Positions 9,363 through 18,215 of a stretch of DNA of 64,000 nucleotides are shown in pieces. Origin of the DNA: an uncultured delta proteobacterium (GTDB taxonomy: Bacteria > Desulfobacterota > Binatia > Binatales > Binataceae); NCBI GenBank assembly GCA_963813785.1, contig CAWFAJ010000001.1, forward strand, positions 22,627 through 86,626, in the 5' to 3' direction. Numbering within the stretch: the stretch's first letter is position 1; every line of letters starts with the position of its first letter. Both the position numbers and the translations under genes were made by a program. The notes beneath the pieces were generated by a model. It was not told where the DNA came from. It saw nothing but the letters and a program-made list of their open reading frames with translations, and searched no databases.

Positions 9363-10490
9363 TCAGCCCAGCAGCGACTTTGCCACGGTCTCGCGATGCA
9401 CCGGGGCGTTGCCGAAATTGGCTTCTCCCGCCAGCGCGCGCCGATGATACAGGTGCATGTCGTGCTCCCAGGTGAAACCGATGCCGCCGTGCACCTGGAT
9501 CGCCTCCGAGGTGACGTTCTTGGCCATATCGGATGCGTACGCTTTCGCCATCGGCACCGCAGTCGCCGCCTCTGCGCCCTTGGTATCTACCGTCCAGCAC
9601 GCGTAGTAGGTCAGCGAGCGCGCGTTCTCGACCGCGACCATCATGTCCACGCACTTATGCTTGACCGCCTGAAACGATCCGATCGGCTTGCCGAATTGCA
9701 CGCGCGTCTTGGCGTATTCGACCGACATGTCCAGCGCCCGCTGCGCCGTCCCGACCATCTCGGCCGCCAGCCCCGCGGTTGCGATGTCGAGCGTGCGGTG
9801 CAGAAGCGGCCATCCCTCGCCTTCCTTGCCTATAAGCTCGGAGGTTTTCACATTGTCGAACTTCACGTGGCATAGTCGCCGCGTCATATCGACCGTCTTG
9901 AGCTGAGTGATCGTGAGGCCTTTCGCGGTGGTGGGAACGGCCAGAATCGTGATTCCTTTTTCGCCACTGCCGCCGGTGCGGACTGCAACCGCGATCCCGT
10001 TGGCCACGTGCGCATCGGGCACAAAAAACTTCTCGCCGGTGATCGTGTATTCCTTGCCGCTCTTGGTCGCCTTGAGCTGGATTCCCTCGGCGTCGAAGCG
10101 GCCCGAGGCTTCGGCGATCGCGACGGTACCGATAAATTCGCCCTTCGCCATGCGCGGCAGGAGGTCCTTCTTCTGCTCCTCCGAGCCGCCTTCTATAATC
10201 AGCGGCGCCGCGAGCAGCGCGGAGGTGAAGAAGGGCCCCGGCACCAGAACCTTGCCGGCTTCTTCGACAATCACCGTCATGTCGAGGAAGCTGCCACCCT
10301 GGCCGCCGTAACTCTCCGGGATGAGCAGCCCGGGCCATCCGAGGTCAACCAGCTTTTTCCAGAAAGCGGGGTCGTGGGCGGTCGCGTCCGCCATCATCTG
10401 GCGGACAAACTTCGGCTGGCAGTTGTCGGCCAGAAAGCGCTTGGCCGCATCCCGAAGCATCTCTTGTTCTTCAGAAAATCCGAAATCCAA
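9363..10490 (-). CDS. Acyl-CoA dehydrogenase
   Basis: 375 aa. MDFGFSEEQEMLRDAAKRFL N-terminus, QVHGGIGFTWEHDMHLYHRRA C-terminal helix domain and YAKTRVQFGKPIGSFQAVKH motif. Confidence 0.92.
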   Translation of the reverse strand: MDFGFSEEQEMLRDAAKRFLADNCQPKFVRQMMADATAHDPAFWKKLVDLGWPGLLIPESYGGQGGSFLDMTVIVEEAGKVLVPGPFFTSALLAAPLIIEGGSEEQKKDLLPRMAKGEFIGTVAIAEASGRFDAEGIQLKATKSGKEYTITGEKFFVPDAHVANGIAVAVRTGGSGEKGITILAVPTTAKGLTITQLKTVDMTRRLCHVKFDNVKTSELIGKEGEGWPLLHRTLDIATAGLAAEMVGTAQRALDMSVEYAKTRVQFGKPIGSFQAVKHKCVDMMVAVENARSLTYYACWTVDTKGAEAATAVPMAKAYASDMAKNVTSEAIQVHGGIGFTWEHDMHLYHRRALAGEANFGNAPVHRETVAKSLLG

Positions 10491-10664
10491 CTTTCGTTCC
10501 TCCGTTTTGTCGATGGGGAATCCTGCGGTTTGAAACCGCTCAGATCCATCTTTCAGGTACCACTAAGGCTTTCGGCCGCGCAAGCGCCGGAAATCCCGCG
10601 CCGCCGCCGGTTGCGCGCTTGATTCGCGCGCGGGAACCGCGACAATAGTTCGCGGACCGCTCGT

Positions 10665-11447
10665 ATGGAACACAAAGATCTCGTCCGCGAGGAATTCACG
10701 CGCCAGGCGGCCGACTACGCGACCGCGCCCGCGATTCTCGACGCGGAGCATTTGCGCAAGCTGGTCGAACTAGTCGCGCCGCCGGCCGATGCGCGCGTTC
10801 TGGAAGTCGCGACCGGACCGGGGCACGTCGCGATGGCATTTGCGCCGCGGTGCCGCGAAGTCGTCGGCATCGATCTGACCGACGCGCCGCTCAAGATTGC
10901 CGAGCAGATGCGCTCGGAGCGGGGACTCGCCAACGTCCGCTTCCAGAAGGGCGACGTCGAGTCACGCCTGCCGTTCAACGACGGCGAATTCGATGTCGTC
11001 GTCTGCCGGTTTGCGATTCATCATTTCGCCGCGCCGGAGAAAGTGATCGCCGAGATGGCGCGAGTGTGCCGCATTGACGGACTGGTGGCGATCGAGGATT
11101 TGATTGCCAGCGAACAGCCCGAGCGCGCCGCGTACTACAACCAATTCGAAAGGTTGCGCGACACCTCGCATACCAGTGCGCTCGCGATGAGCGAACTAAT
11201 CCGGATGATGGGCGCGGCCGGCCTCGAGATAGTGAGGTTTACGTCGCACGGCTTGCGCGTTGCGGTATCGCAATGGATCAAGGCGGCGCATGCGTCGCCG
11301 GAGCGCGCGGCGAAAGCAATCGCGATGGTCGAGCGGGATGCGGACGAAGACCTAAGCGGCGCGCGTCCTGTGCGAATCGACGGCGAACTGCATTTCACCT
11401 ATCGGATCGCGATGCTGGTGACGCGCAAGCTGCCGGCGCGCGCCTAG
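10665..11447 (+). CDS. Class I SAM-dependent methyltransferase (UbiE/Methyltransf_11-like)
   Basis: 260 aa. Motif I VLEVATGPGHVA, motif post-I VVGIDLT, and FDVVVCRFAIHHF. Confidence 0.85.
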   Translation: MEHKDLVREEFTRQAADYATAPAILDAEHLRKLVELVAPPADARVLEVATGPGHVAMAFAPRCREVVGIDLTDAPLKIAEQMRSERGLANVRFQKGDVESRLPFNDGEFDVVVCRFAIHHFAAPEKVIAEMARVCRIDGLVAIEDLIASEQPERAAYYNQFERLRDTSHTSALAMSELIRMMGAAGLEIVRFTSHGLRVAVSQWIKAAHASPERAAKAIAMVERDADEDLSGARPVRIDGELHFTYRIAMLVTRKLPARA

Positions 11448-11496
11448 AAGTCCGGGTCCGGAATTCTTGTGACGGTGTCGAGTTGCGCTGCCCGAA

Positions 11497-13065
11497 CTAA
11501 TGGATCGGGGTCAGCTGCGGATGCTTTCGGACAAACGCCCAGGCCGCGAGGAAAATCAATCCGGCAGCGCACAAATAGGCAAACGTATCGCCGATCCGGC
11601 CGTAGATGGTGCCGACACCCTGGGTCGGAACGGTGGCCATCATAACCCCGCCGCCGTCGCCATAGTTCTGCCGGCCCAGCACGCGTCCCTGGTAGTCGGT
11701 GATCAAGGACACGCCGTTGCCGGTGGCTCTCACCATCGAATAGCCATTTTCGATGGCGCGGAAAATCGCGACAACGGAGTCTTGCTGCTCAAATGGGATC
11801 ACGCTGTTGTAAGGCGCCATCATGATGTCGACATCATTGCGTCCGGCTTGCCGGATCAGCGCCGGGAAATGAAAGTCGTTGCAGATCGCCGTGGCCATGC
11901 GGCCATAGGGCGTATTCTCGACGGGAAGCTTTCCAGCCCCGGGGATCGCGACGTAGGCTTCGCCAGGAATCACCGGGTAGGTCTTTTCGTAGGTTGCCAA
12001 TATTCGCCCCGTGTTGTCGATCAAGATTGACTGATTGCGAAAGTAGTGACGCGTCGGGGCTCGGGTGAACACGCTGAGTTCGATCTGCAGATAGGCATCG
12101 TAGCGCCTGGCCAAATCAGACGCCCGGTCCAGGGTTTGTTGCCGGTCCTCTTCCAAGACCTGAGCCGACGCCTCTTGCCAGCCGACGATCTTCGCGCCGG
12201 CGCGCAGGGCGGATTCGCTGCGCTCCAGCATCTGATCGACGGTTGCCTCGAGTTGCGGGCGAACGGCGGCACGTTCGTCATCTGTCGATCGGTAGAAAGT
12301 CACCCAGTTGAATGGCGGGCTGATCGCTCGCTGGTAAACAGCATGATCGATAGTAACGGTGGCCGCCATCACGGTCGGCGAGGATGGCGCGGCAAAGTTC
12401 AACCGGAAGCTTCCGAACAGGCCGACCGCTATCAGCACGGCGACAAAGGGAATTACCACGCCGCGCACGGGCCGACAGTCGAAACCCCGTTCCCAAAGAG
12501 CGTTAACGGTCGAGGCGCTCCACGCGATGAGGAAGGTGATGCCCCACATCCCGGTGATCGAGAGGATCTGCATCAAGACGAGACTGTCGTATTGCGAATA
12601 GACAAACGAACCCGTCGAGTTGACTGCCGGCAGCAACGTCATTAGCCAATCGACAGTCACATACGCCAGGGGAAACAGCAGCGTACGCGTCTTCTCGTCC
12701 AGGCGCGATCCGAGCAGGCGGTCGGCTGCGTAAGGTAACGTGGACGCCAGTCCCCTGAATGGCGAGAAAAGGATTAGTCCGAACACTGCCACATAGATGT
12801 CGCCCACTTCGCCGCCGCGAAGGGCAATCCAATTGCCGATTGCCTGGGCGAGGAAGATCAGCGACAACGCGACCGATGCCCGACGGGCCGTGCGGGCGAA
12901 GCGCAGCAGGAATATCGGCGCCAGCCATGCCGCGAGGGGAATCATCGTCTGCACGATCGTAAACGGCAGCAAAACGAATCCGACGAGAAGCCAGAGCCAA
13001 GTCAGGCGGCCAGCTCGCGCGTCTGGCAAGGATTTGGAAAAGCCCGTCGGCTCTGACTGGCTCAC
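11497..13065 (-). CDS. Apolipoprotein N-acyltransferase-like membrane protein (polytopic N-domain plus carbon-nitrogen hydrolase domain)
   Basis: 522 aa. Multi-TM N-terminal half and a C-terminal CN-hydrolase with a putative E/K/C triad (WQEAS, YEKTYPVIPGE, ATAICNDFHF) and a final TM segment. Same architecture as Lnt. Confidence 0.75.
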   Translation of the reverse strand: MSQSEPTGFSKSLPDARAGRLTWLWLLVGFVLLPFTIVQTMIPLAAWLAPIFLLRFARTARRASVALSLIFLAQAIGNWIALRGGEVGDIYVAVFGLILFSPFRGLASTLPYAADRLLGSRLDEKTRTLLFPLAYVTVDWLMTLLPAVNSTGSFVYSQYDSLVLMQILSITGMWGITFLIAWSASTVNALWERGFDCRPVRGVVIPFVAVLIAVGLFGSFRLNFAAPSSPTVMAATVTIDHAVYQRAISPPFNWVTFYRSTDDERAAVRPQLEATVDQMLERSESALRAGAKIVGWQEASAQVLEEDRQQTLDRASDLARRYDAYLQIELSVFTRAPTRHYFRNQSILIDNTGRILATYEKTYPVIPGEAYVAIPGAGKLPVENTPYGRMATAICNDFHFPALIRQAGRNDVDIMMAPYNSVIPFEQQDSVVAIFRAIENGYSMVRATGNGVSLITDYQGRVLGRQNYGDGGGVMMATVPTQGVGTIYGRIGDTFAYLCAAGLIFLAAWAFVRKHPQLTPIH

Positions 13066-13083
13066 GTCTGACCTCTTTTCAGC

Positions 13084-14265
13084 TTAAGCTTTCTTCCCCG
13101 ATATCAGCGCGAGGACGCCCGAGTATTGGAGCAGATAGGTCTGCTCCGCGAGCGAGCCGATTTCGAAACCGGTGAAGAACCCCGCGATCGGAACGGGTCC
13201 AAGGTAGCGCCTGATGTATGCGGAATCGTGACCCGGGATGTTGTAGAGCCCGGCGCCGCGCGAGACGCAATCGAAGTACAGACCGAACGCGGGAGGCGCG
13301 TCGAGGCGGTCGCCCAATTCTTCCAATTCCGCTTTCAAGTCGTCGCGCGATCGCTCGGCATCGCGCAACACGAAACCGATCGTGTCGCCCACCCTGGGCT
13401 GGAAGGCGACCGCGATGACGCCGTGTTCCTCGCTGGCGCCGACGATATTGCGCACGACAAATTTTCCGCGCTCGATCGTTTGTGCGTTCTCGTACACCGG
13501 AATCGCAACGAAGACGTAGCTCAGCGCGCGGCGCAGATCGCCGGCCAGCGGGCCGGCGGCCTCGGCGAAGACCTGGTAAGCCGGCCGGCCGTCGAGTTCG
13601 ATCAGTATGTTGTCGCGCGCGGCGGTCACGCGATGCGCCGTTCCGATCAGGCCGCATGCGATCGAGCTCGCCACAATCGGCTCGAAGTCTCCCGCGAGCA
13701 GCATCCCCGAGACTGCGTTGGAGCTGACAGTATCGCCGCAGAAAACAAACGTCTCGCCCACTGAGCCGTCCTCGGTCGCACCGCCGCCCGCGATCATCAC
13801 GCCCGGCAGTTCAGTCCCGAGAGCTGCGAGCGTTGCCTCGGCTTCGAAGTTGTAAGTATCGGCAAAAAGAATCAGCAGGTTCGATTTGCCCAGCCGCGAG
13901 CGCACCGCGGACGCGACTTCCGCCGCCACGCCCGCGGCGCGGCCGCGAAGGGTCGGCACGAAGAATCGGGTTGCGTGAATCTCTTCGCCGCCGAACACCA
14001 GCACGGCCAGCGCGTTGCCCGATTCGATTTCGGTCTCGCCGGCGATGACGCCCACGCTGGAGCATCCCGCGACTTCGCGCGTATGCGCTTCCGAAGCCAC
14101 CGTGCGCATGATCATCGGATACGCGGCGCCGTAGGCCGGGGTCGCGAAACAAAGTGCGCCGTTGGCGCGGCTTATCCCCGCCTGCGCGAGCGCGGCGGCG
14201 GTGGCCTCGGCGGCGGCGATCCGCGGATTGAGCGCGGTCGAGAAACCGACGCCGGCTCGAATCAT
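13084..14265 (-). CDS. Stand-alone FIST (FIST-N plus FIST-C) sensory domain protein
   Basis: 393 aa. Pattern GALCFATP...GCSSVGVIAG...AVLVFGG...VMIAGGGA...FVFCGD...GLYFDCVSRG...PIAGFFTGFEIG matches FIST N and C domains. No output domain. Confidence 0.8.
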   Translation of the reverse strand: MIRAGVGFSTALNPRIAAAEATAAALAQAGISRANGALCFATPAYGAAYPMIMRTVASEAHTREVAGCSSVGVIAGETEIESGNALAVLVFGGEEIHATRFFVPTLRGRAAGVAAEVASAVRSRLGKSNLLILFADTYNFEAEATLAALGTELPGVMIAGGGATEDGSVGETFVFCGDTVSSNAVSGMLLAGDFEPIVASSIACGLIGTAHRVTAARDNILIELDGRPAYQVFAEAAGPLAGDLRRALSYVFVAIPVYENAQTIERGKFVVRNIVGASEEHGVIAVAFQPRVGDTIGFVLRDAERSRDDLKAELEELGDRLDAPPAFGLYFDCVSRGAGLYNIPGHDSAYIRRYLGPVPIAGFFTGFEIGSLAEQTYLLQYSGVLALISGKKA

Positions 14266-14273
14266 CTCATCAC

Positions 14274-15737
14274 CTATTGCGGACTCCCGAAAATCCGCAG
14301 CAACTCGACCATCCGTTGAATCCCGTCAGCGAGTTCCTTCACGCCGATTCGTTCGTTGATTCCGTGAACGCCTTTTGCTTCGGCGGGAATTACTTCGAGC
14401 GGAATGAAACCGTAGGAAACGATCTTCTTATGGCGGAAGTAATGGCTGTCGGTGAATCCGATGATCATGGAGGGGACGACGGTGGCCCGGTCGTGGTCTT
14501 TGGCCAGCGTCTCAATCGCGGTCATCAGCGGCGAGCGCGACGGCGACGAGATCGGCGGAAAGTTGAGGATCACGTCAATCTTGATGGTGTCGTCGGCGAT
14601 CACTTTTTTAATGTCGCTCATGACCTTCTTGGGATCGCTGCCCGGCAGCAGCCGGCAATCGACTTCGGCGTACGCCGTCTCGGAGATCACGTTGGTCTTA
14701 TCGCTGGCGGACAGCACCGTCGGCGTGATCGTGTCGCGCACCCGCGCGTTCTGGCCGGGGTCTTCAAGAAATTCCTTGAGATAGGCGGGATCCTTCAGCG
14801 CGGCGGCGAGATCGAGCAGCTGCCTGGGGCCGTGCTCGAGCTCGGCCATCGTGTGATAGTAATCATTCACCGGCCCGATGACGCGGATCGGCGTCTTGTA
14901 CTCGCTAAGTTTATCCAGCGCGCGCACCAGCCGCGTGACCGCGGTTTCCGGGGGCGGATCGGAGGCGTGCCCGGCCGGGCCGCTGGCGGTAAGCTTGAGC
15001 CACAGCGGCGTTTTTTCGGTGACGGAGACCACGTAAACCTTGCGCTTGTTGTCGGAGAGCGCGTGAATCCCACCGCCTTCGTTGATCAGATAGCCGGCGT
15101 CGGAGAAAATGTTGGCCTCGTGATCGACGAACCATCCCGCGCCGTTCTTGCCGCCTTCTTCCTCGTCGCCGGTGGCGACAAACAGCACGTCGCGATCGAG
15201 CAGGATGCCCGCGCGCTTGATCGCCAGCATCGCCATCAGCTCGATCACGCCGGGGCCCTTGTCGTCGATCGAGCCGCGTCCCCAGATTTTTCCGTCCTTG
15301 ACCGCGCCCGAGAACGGCGCCATCTCCCATTCCTTGGGATTGGCCGGCACCACGTCCATGTGACTCAGCAGGATGATCGACTTGGTATGCTTGCCGATTC
15401 CGCGCAGGCGCGCCGCAACGATTCCGCGCCCATGCTGCGGCTCCCAGGTCGTGGCGGGAATTCCGTCGCTCAGAAATTTCTCCCGGAGCATCCGCGCCGC
15501 TTCGATCTCGTTGCCCGGCGGATTGGTGGTGTTGATCTGGATGTACCTGGAGAGCAGGTCGGTCGCTTCCTGGGTGACCTTGTCCCAATTGATCGGCTGG
15601 GGAGGCGGCGCCTTCGACACCCCCCTGGATTCCGACGGCAGAATGTTGGGCGTCGCCGCCGGGGCGGCCAGGGCGGAGCCGGATAGAGCAACCCAGGCCA
15701 TCATCCATGCCGCCGCCGCAATGCGCAGCCGTCGCAC
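14274..15737 (-). CDS. Secreted M20-family metallopeptidase (ArgE/DapE/CPG2-like)
   Basis: Body shows LLSHMDVVP, GRGSIDDKG, ATGDEEEGG, NEGG and TDSHYF motifs. I place the start at GTG 15737 (VRRLRIAAAAWMMAWVALSGSALA signal peptide). The 69 upstream codons of track ORF 14274..15944 are translated repeat DNA. Confidence 0.85.
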   Translation of the reverse strand: MRRLRIAAAAWMMAWVALSGSALAAPAATPNILPSESRGVSKAPPPQPINWDKVTQEATDLLSRYIQINTTNPPGNEIEAARMLREKFLSDGIPATTWEPQHGRGIVAARLRGIGKHTKSIILLSHMDVVPANPKEWEMAPFSGAVKDGKIWGRGSIDDKGPGVIELMAMLAIKRAGILLDRDVLFVATGDEEEGGKNGAGWFVDHEANIFSDAGYLINEGGGIHALSDNKRKVYVVSVTEKTPLWLKLTASGPAGHASDPPPETAVTRLVRALDKLSEYKTPIRVIGPVNDYYHTMAELEHGPRQLLDLAAALKDPAYLKEFLEDPGQNARVRDTITPTVLSASDKTNVISETAYAEVDCRLLPGSDPKKVMSDIKKVIADDTIKIDVILNFPPISSPSRSPLMTAIETLAKDHDRATVVPSMIIGFTDSHYFRHKKIVSYGFIPLEVIPAEAKGVHGINERIGVKELADGIQRMVELLRIFGSPQ

Positions 15738-15816
15738 GCCGTGGTTGAGATTTTTTTCGATCACGCACTGAAGGGAACACCGTCGCGGCCCCGCCGTCAA
15801 CTCCTCGGCAGGTGAT

Positions 15817-15952
15817 GTGAAACCCACCGTGGGTTTCACACTTCCCTGGGCAGGGGTGACCCCTGCACCCGGTAGTAAGAAGACGCGAAAATCTGCGCAG
15901 CGCATCTTTTCGCGACTACGCGATGGAAGAGGTGACTCCTGCACCGCAGTGG
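15817..15952. repeat. Mosaic REP/BIME-like repeat locus B1
   Basis: GTGAAACCCACCGTGGGTTTCAC hairpin (15817-15839), GCAGGGGTGACCCCTGC (15850-15866), and the CGCGAAAATCTGCGCAGCGCATCTTTTCGCG hairpin module. Confidence 0.8.
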
Positions 15953-16016
15953 AAATTGAAAGAGAAGAGCGGGACTTCGTCCCTGAAGAAGCGGTAAGGG
16001 GTCAGACACGACCTAA

Positions 16017-16166
16017 CCTCTCCTTGTCCGAGCGAGATACGCGCGGGCGCGCGGATCCTGCGCGATGCTCAGGATGACACAAGGAGAGGTTCAACGCCCG
16101 CGTCGCTCATCCTGTGCGAAAGCTGTGTGAATTCTCCCGAAGCCCTGCTCCTCGGACAAGGAGAGG
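16017..16166. repeat. 150-bp element bounded by perfect 16-bp inverted repeats (MITE-like or long hairpin)
   Basis: CCTCTCCTTGTCCGAG (16017-16032) is the exact reverse complement of CTCGGACAAGGAGAGG (16151-16166). A partial internal third copy ACAAGGAGAGG lies at 16079-16089, and there is an internal ATCCTG...CAGGAT hairpin. Confidence 0.6.
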
Positions 16167-16190
16167 GCACTCGACGAAGACCATCGCGCG

Positions 16191-16258
16191 GCAGGGGTGA
16201 GCAGGGGTGAGCCCTGCACCCGGAGTAGTTGAGATAACGCGAAAATCTGCGTCGGTCC
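16191..16258. repeat. Mosaic REP/BIME-like repeat locus B2 (degenerate)
   Basis: GCAGGGGTGAGCAGGGGTGAGCCCTGCACCCGGAGTAGT...CGCGAAAATCTGCG is a truncated copy of the palindrome plus CGCGAAAA module seen at B1, F and G. Confidence 0.7.
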
Positions 16259-16261
16259 CCG

Positions 16262-16833
16262 TCATTGAGGTGCGGACTCGAACGGATAGCGGGACTTTAG
16301 AAGCTCGATCAGATGCGACGCCTCGGCCTCGTCCACTGCCGCCTCCGAAGCGGAAAGTCTTCGCACCGTAGTCAAACGCTATCGCGCCTCCGAACATCGA
16401 CCGTGACGAAGAGCTCCAACCAAAACCGCTGTTCATCGGAGTACGGTCGATGCGAAGATTCTTCACGCTCGGGAGGTCATATTCACGCGACCGTCCAAAT
16501 CCCAAAACATCCCGCCGGATCGCCAAGACTAGCGGGAGTAAGCAATACGATTTCATGGCCCGTCACATTCCACAGCCAGAAGGAGATGGCGACGAAGCCG
16601 CCGACAGTCCAGGCCCCCAGCCATCCGAACAGGAAGAGATTTCCGCCCGAGGCCGGCATCCTGCCGCTCGCAAGCTGATGGATCGCGCCGAACTCGCCGA
16701 ACGCCCATCCGCAGAGCCAGAATCCGATGAAAAGAATGGCCCACCAGCTCTTCGCGGCGGGGATGTCGATCACCAGCCCCTCGGGAGTATCGGATACGGA
16801 AGCTTTGGCGGTTGGAACCGCAACCCTTGCCAT
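16262..16833 (-). pseudogene. Small membrane protein apparently split over three reading frames (two frameshifts)
   Basis: Frame a (16483-16833) gives a 3-TM N-terminus ending ...HEIVLLTPASL. Frame b continues AIRRDVLGFGRSREYDLPSVKNLRIDRTPMNSGFGW...FDYGAKTFRFG. Frame c ends VDEAEASHLIELLKSRYPFESAPQ-stop at 16262. Junctions lie near 16521-16527 and 16335-16350. Confidence 0.45.
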
Positions 16834-16902
16834 CAGCGTTCTCCCTTTTTCCGATAGCGGACGTTCCTCAGAGTTGTACTATCGCAAGGCGACAACCAAT
16901 AG

Positions 16903-16973
16903 CGCGCCCGCCGCAGTGGCTGCGCGCGACAACGGAGCGCGGCCTTAACACTGGGTGCAGTGGTCACCCATGC
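16903..16973. repeat. Mosaic REP/BIME-like repeat locus C
   Basis: GGCTGCGCGCGACAACGGAGCGCGGCCTTAACACTGGGTGCAGTGGTCACCCATGC is a slightly decayed copy of the unit at loci A and E. It abuts the E2 stop codon. Confidence 0.75.
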
Positions 16974-18188
16974 TCATGCGGGGGAGTTGAAGAGTTCGAT
17001 CACGGTTTGGAGGAACTGGGCGGCGGGCGCCCCGTCCAGCATCCGATGGTCGAAGGTGAGGCTTAGCCAGAGCATCGCGCGCCTGGCGATCTCGCCGCGA
17101 AAGACCGCCGGCTTCTCGACGATTCGCCCGACGCCGAGGATTCCGGTCTCGCCCGGATTCAGAATCGGCGTGAACGCGTCGATGCCGAACGTCCCGAGGT
17201 TGGATATGGTAAACGTGCCTCCGGTTACGTCTTCGAGTTTGAGCTGACCGGCGCGCGCCTTTTCGCCGAGCGCGCGGCTTTCGACTGCGATCTCGCGAAT
17301 CGACTTGCTCTCGGCGCGCTGTATGACCGGAACGATCAGGCCGTCGTCGAGTGCGACGGCGACGCCGACGTTCGCGCTTGCGCAAAGAGCGATCTCCGCG
17401 CCGTTGCCTTTTTCGTTTTCGTTGAGGCGCGCATTCATTCGCGGATGGCGTATGAGGGCGCGCGCGACCGAATGAACAAGCATGTCGGTGTATGAAAAAT
17501 CGAATTCGCGGGACAGGCGGGCGCGAAACTCGGTCGCCGGGGTCACATCGGCTTCCGCGGCGATGGTGATCTGCGCGCTGGAGCGCAGGCTTTGATACAT
17601 CCGCTCGGCGATCACCTTGCGCACGCCGCGAAACGCGACGCGATCGGCAGGCGGCGGCGCCGGTGGCTGCGCCGGCGCGGATTTGGCGGCGCGCTCGACG
17701 TCTTCGCGAGTTATCCGTCCGCCGGGGCCGGAGCCTTCGATTTTATCGATATCGACGCCGAGTTCAGACGCGAGTTTGCGGGCGACCGGGCTTACGGTCT
17801 TTCGATCCCGCCCGCTCGGGTTGGGCGCGGCGGGCTGACTCGGGTTGACCGCGGCGGTCCGATTGGCGGGCGGCGGCGAGGTCGCGGGTGAAGCGCGACG
17901 GGCAGGGGCGGATTTGGGGTAGCGCGCCGCGACCGTGGCGACATCCTCGCCAGCCTCGGCGATCACGGCGATCGCCGTGCCGCATTCGACGGTTGCGCCC
18001 TCGTCGAACATCGCGATCGCGAGCGTACCCGACGCGGGCGCATCGACCTGGTAGAGGACTTTCTCGGTCTCGACCTCGTAGAGCGGCTCGCCGGCGTTGA
18101 CGCGCTCGCCGGCGGCCTTGAAGAAACGCTGAATCGTTCCTTCATGCATCGTCAGCCCGAACTTGGGCATCGTAACTTCAACTGCCAC
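16974..18188 (-). CDS. Dihydrolipoamide acyltransferase (E2) of a 2-oxoacid/acetoin dehydrogenase complex
   Basis: 404 aa. Lipoyl domain (EVETEKVLYQVDAP), Pro/Ala linker, E3/E1-binding domain (SPVARKLASELGVDIDKIEGSGPGGRITREDV) and catalytic domain ending LSLTFDHRMLDGAPAAQF. Confidence 0.92.
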   Translation of the reverse strand: MAVEVTMPKFGLTMHEGTIQRFFKAAGERVNAGEPLYEVETEKVLYQVDAPASGTLAIAMFDEGATVECGTAIAVIAEAGEDVATVAARYPKSAPARRASPATSPPPANRTAAVNPSQPAAPNPSGRDRKTVSPVARKLASELGVDIDKIEGSGPGGRITREDVERAAKSAPAQPPAPPPADRVAFRGVRKVIAERMYQSLRSSAQITIAAEADVTPATEFRARLSREFDFSYTDMLVHSVARALIRHPRMNARLNENEKGNGAEIALCASANVGVAVALDDGLIVPVIQRAESKSIREIAVESRALGEKARAGQLKLEDVTGGTFTISNLGTFGIDAFTPILNPGETGILGVGRIVEKPAVFRGEIARRAMLWLSLTFDHRMLDGAPAAQFLQTVIELFNSPA

Positions 18189-18215
18189 AGTCAGTTCCGC
18201 AAATGCCGGGCGCGG

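Noticed and set aside
15738-15944. 69-codon N-terminal extension of the M20 peptidase, and free-standing ORFs such as 15817-16077, 44343-44567, 47109-47336, 53246-53602 and 53316-53723.
   Set aside because: They are translations of the palindromic repeat modules (recurrent PGAGVTPAQG / GFTLP / KTRKSAQRIFSRL peptides), not genes.
16107-16556. 149-aa ORF as an independent gene.
   Set aside because: Its start overlaps the end of 16483-16833 and its 3' third is repeat DNA. It is better explained as the middle frame of a disrupted gene.
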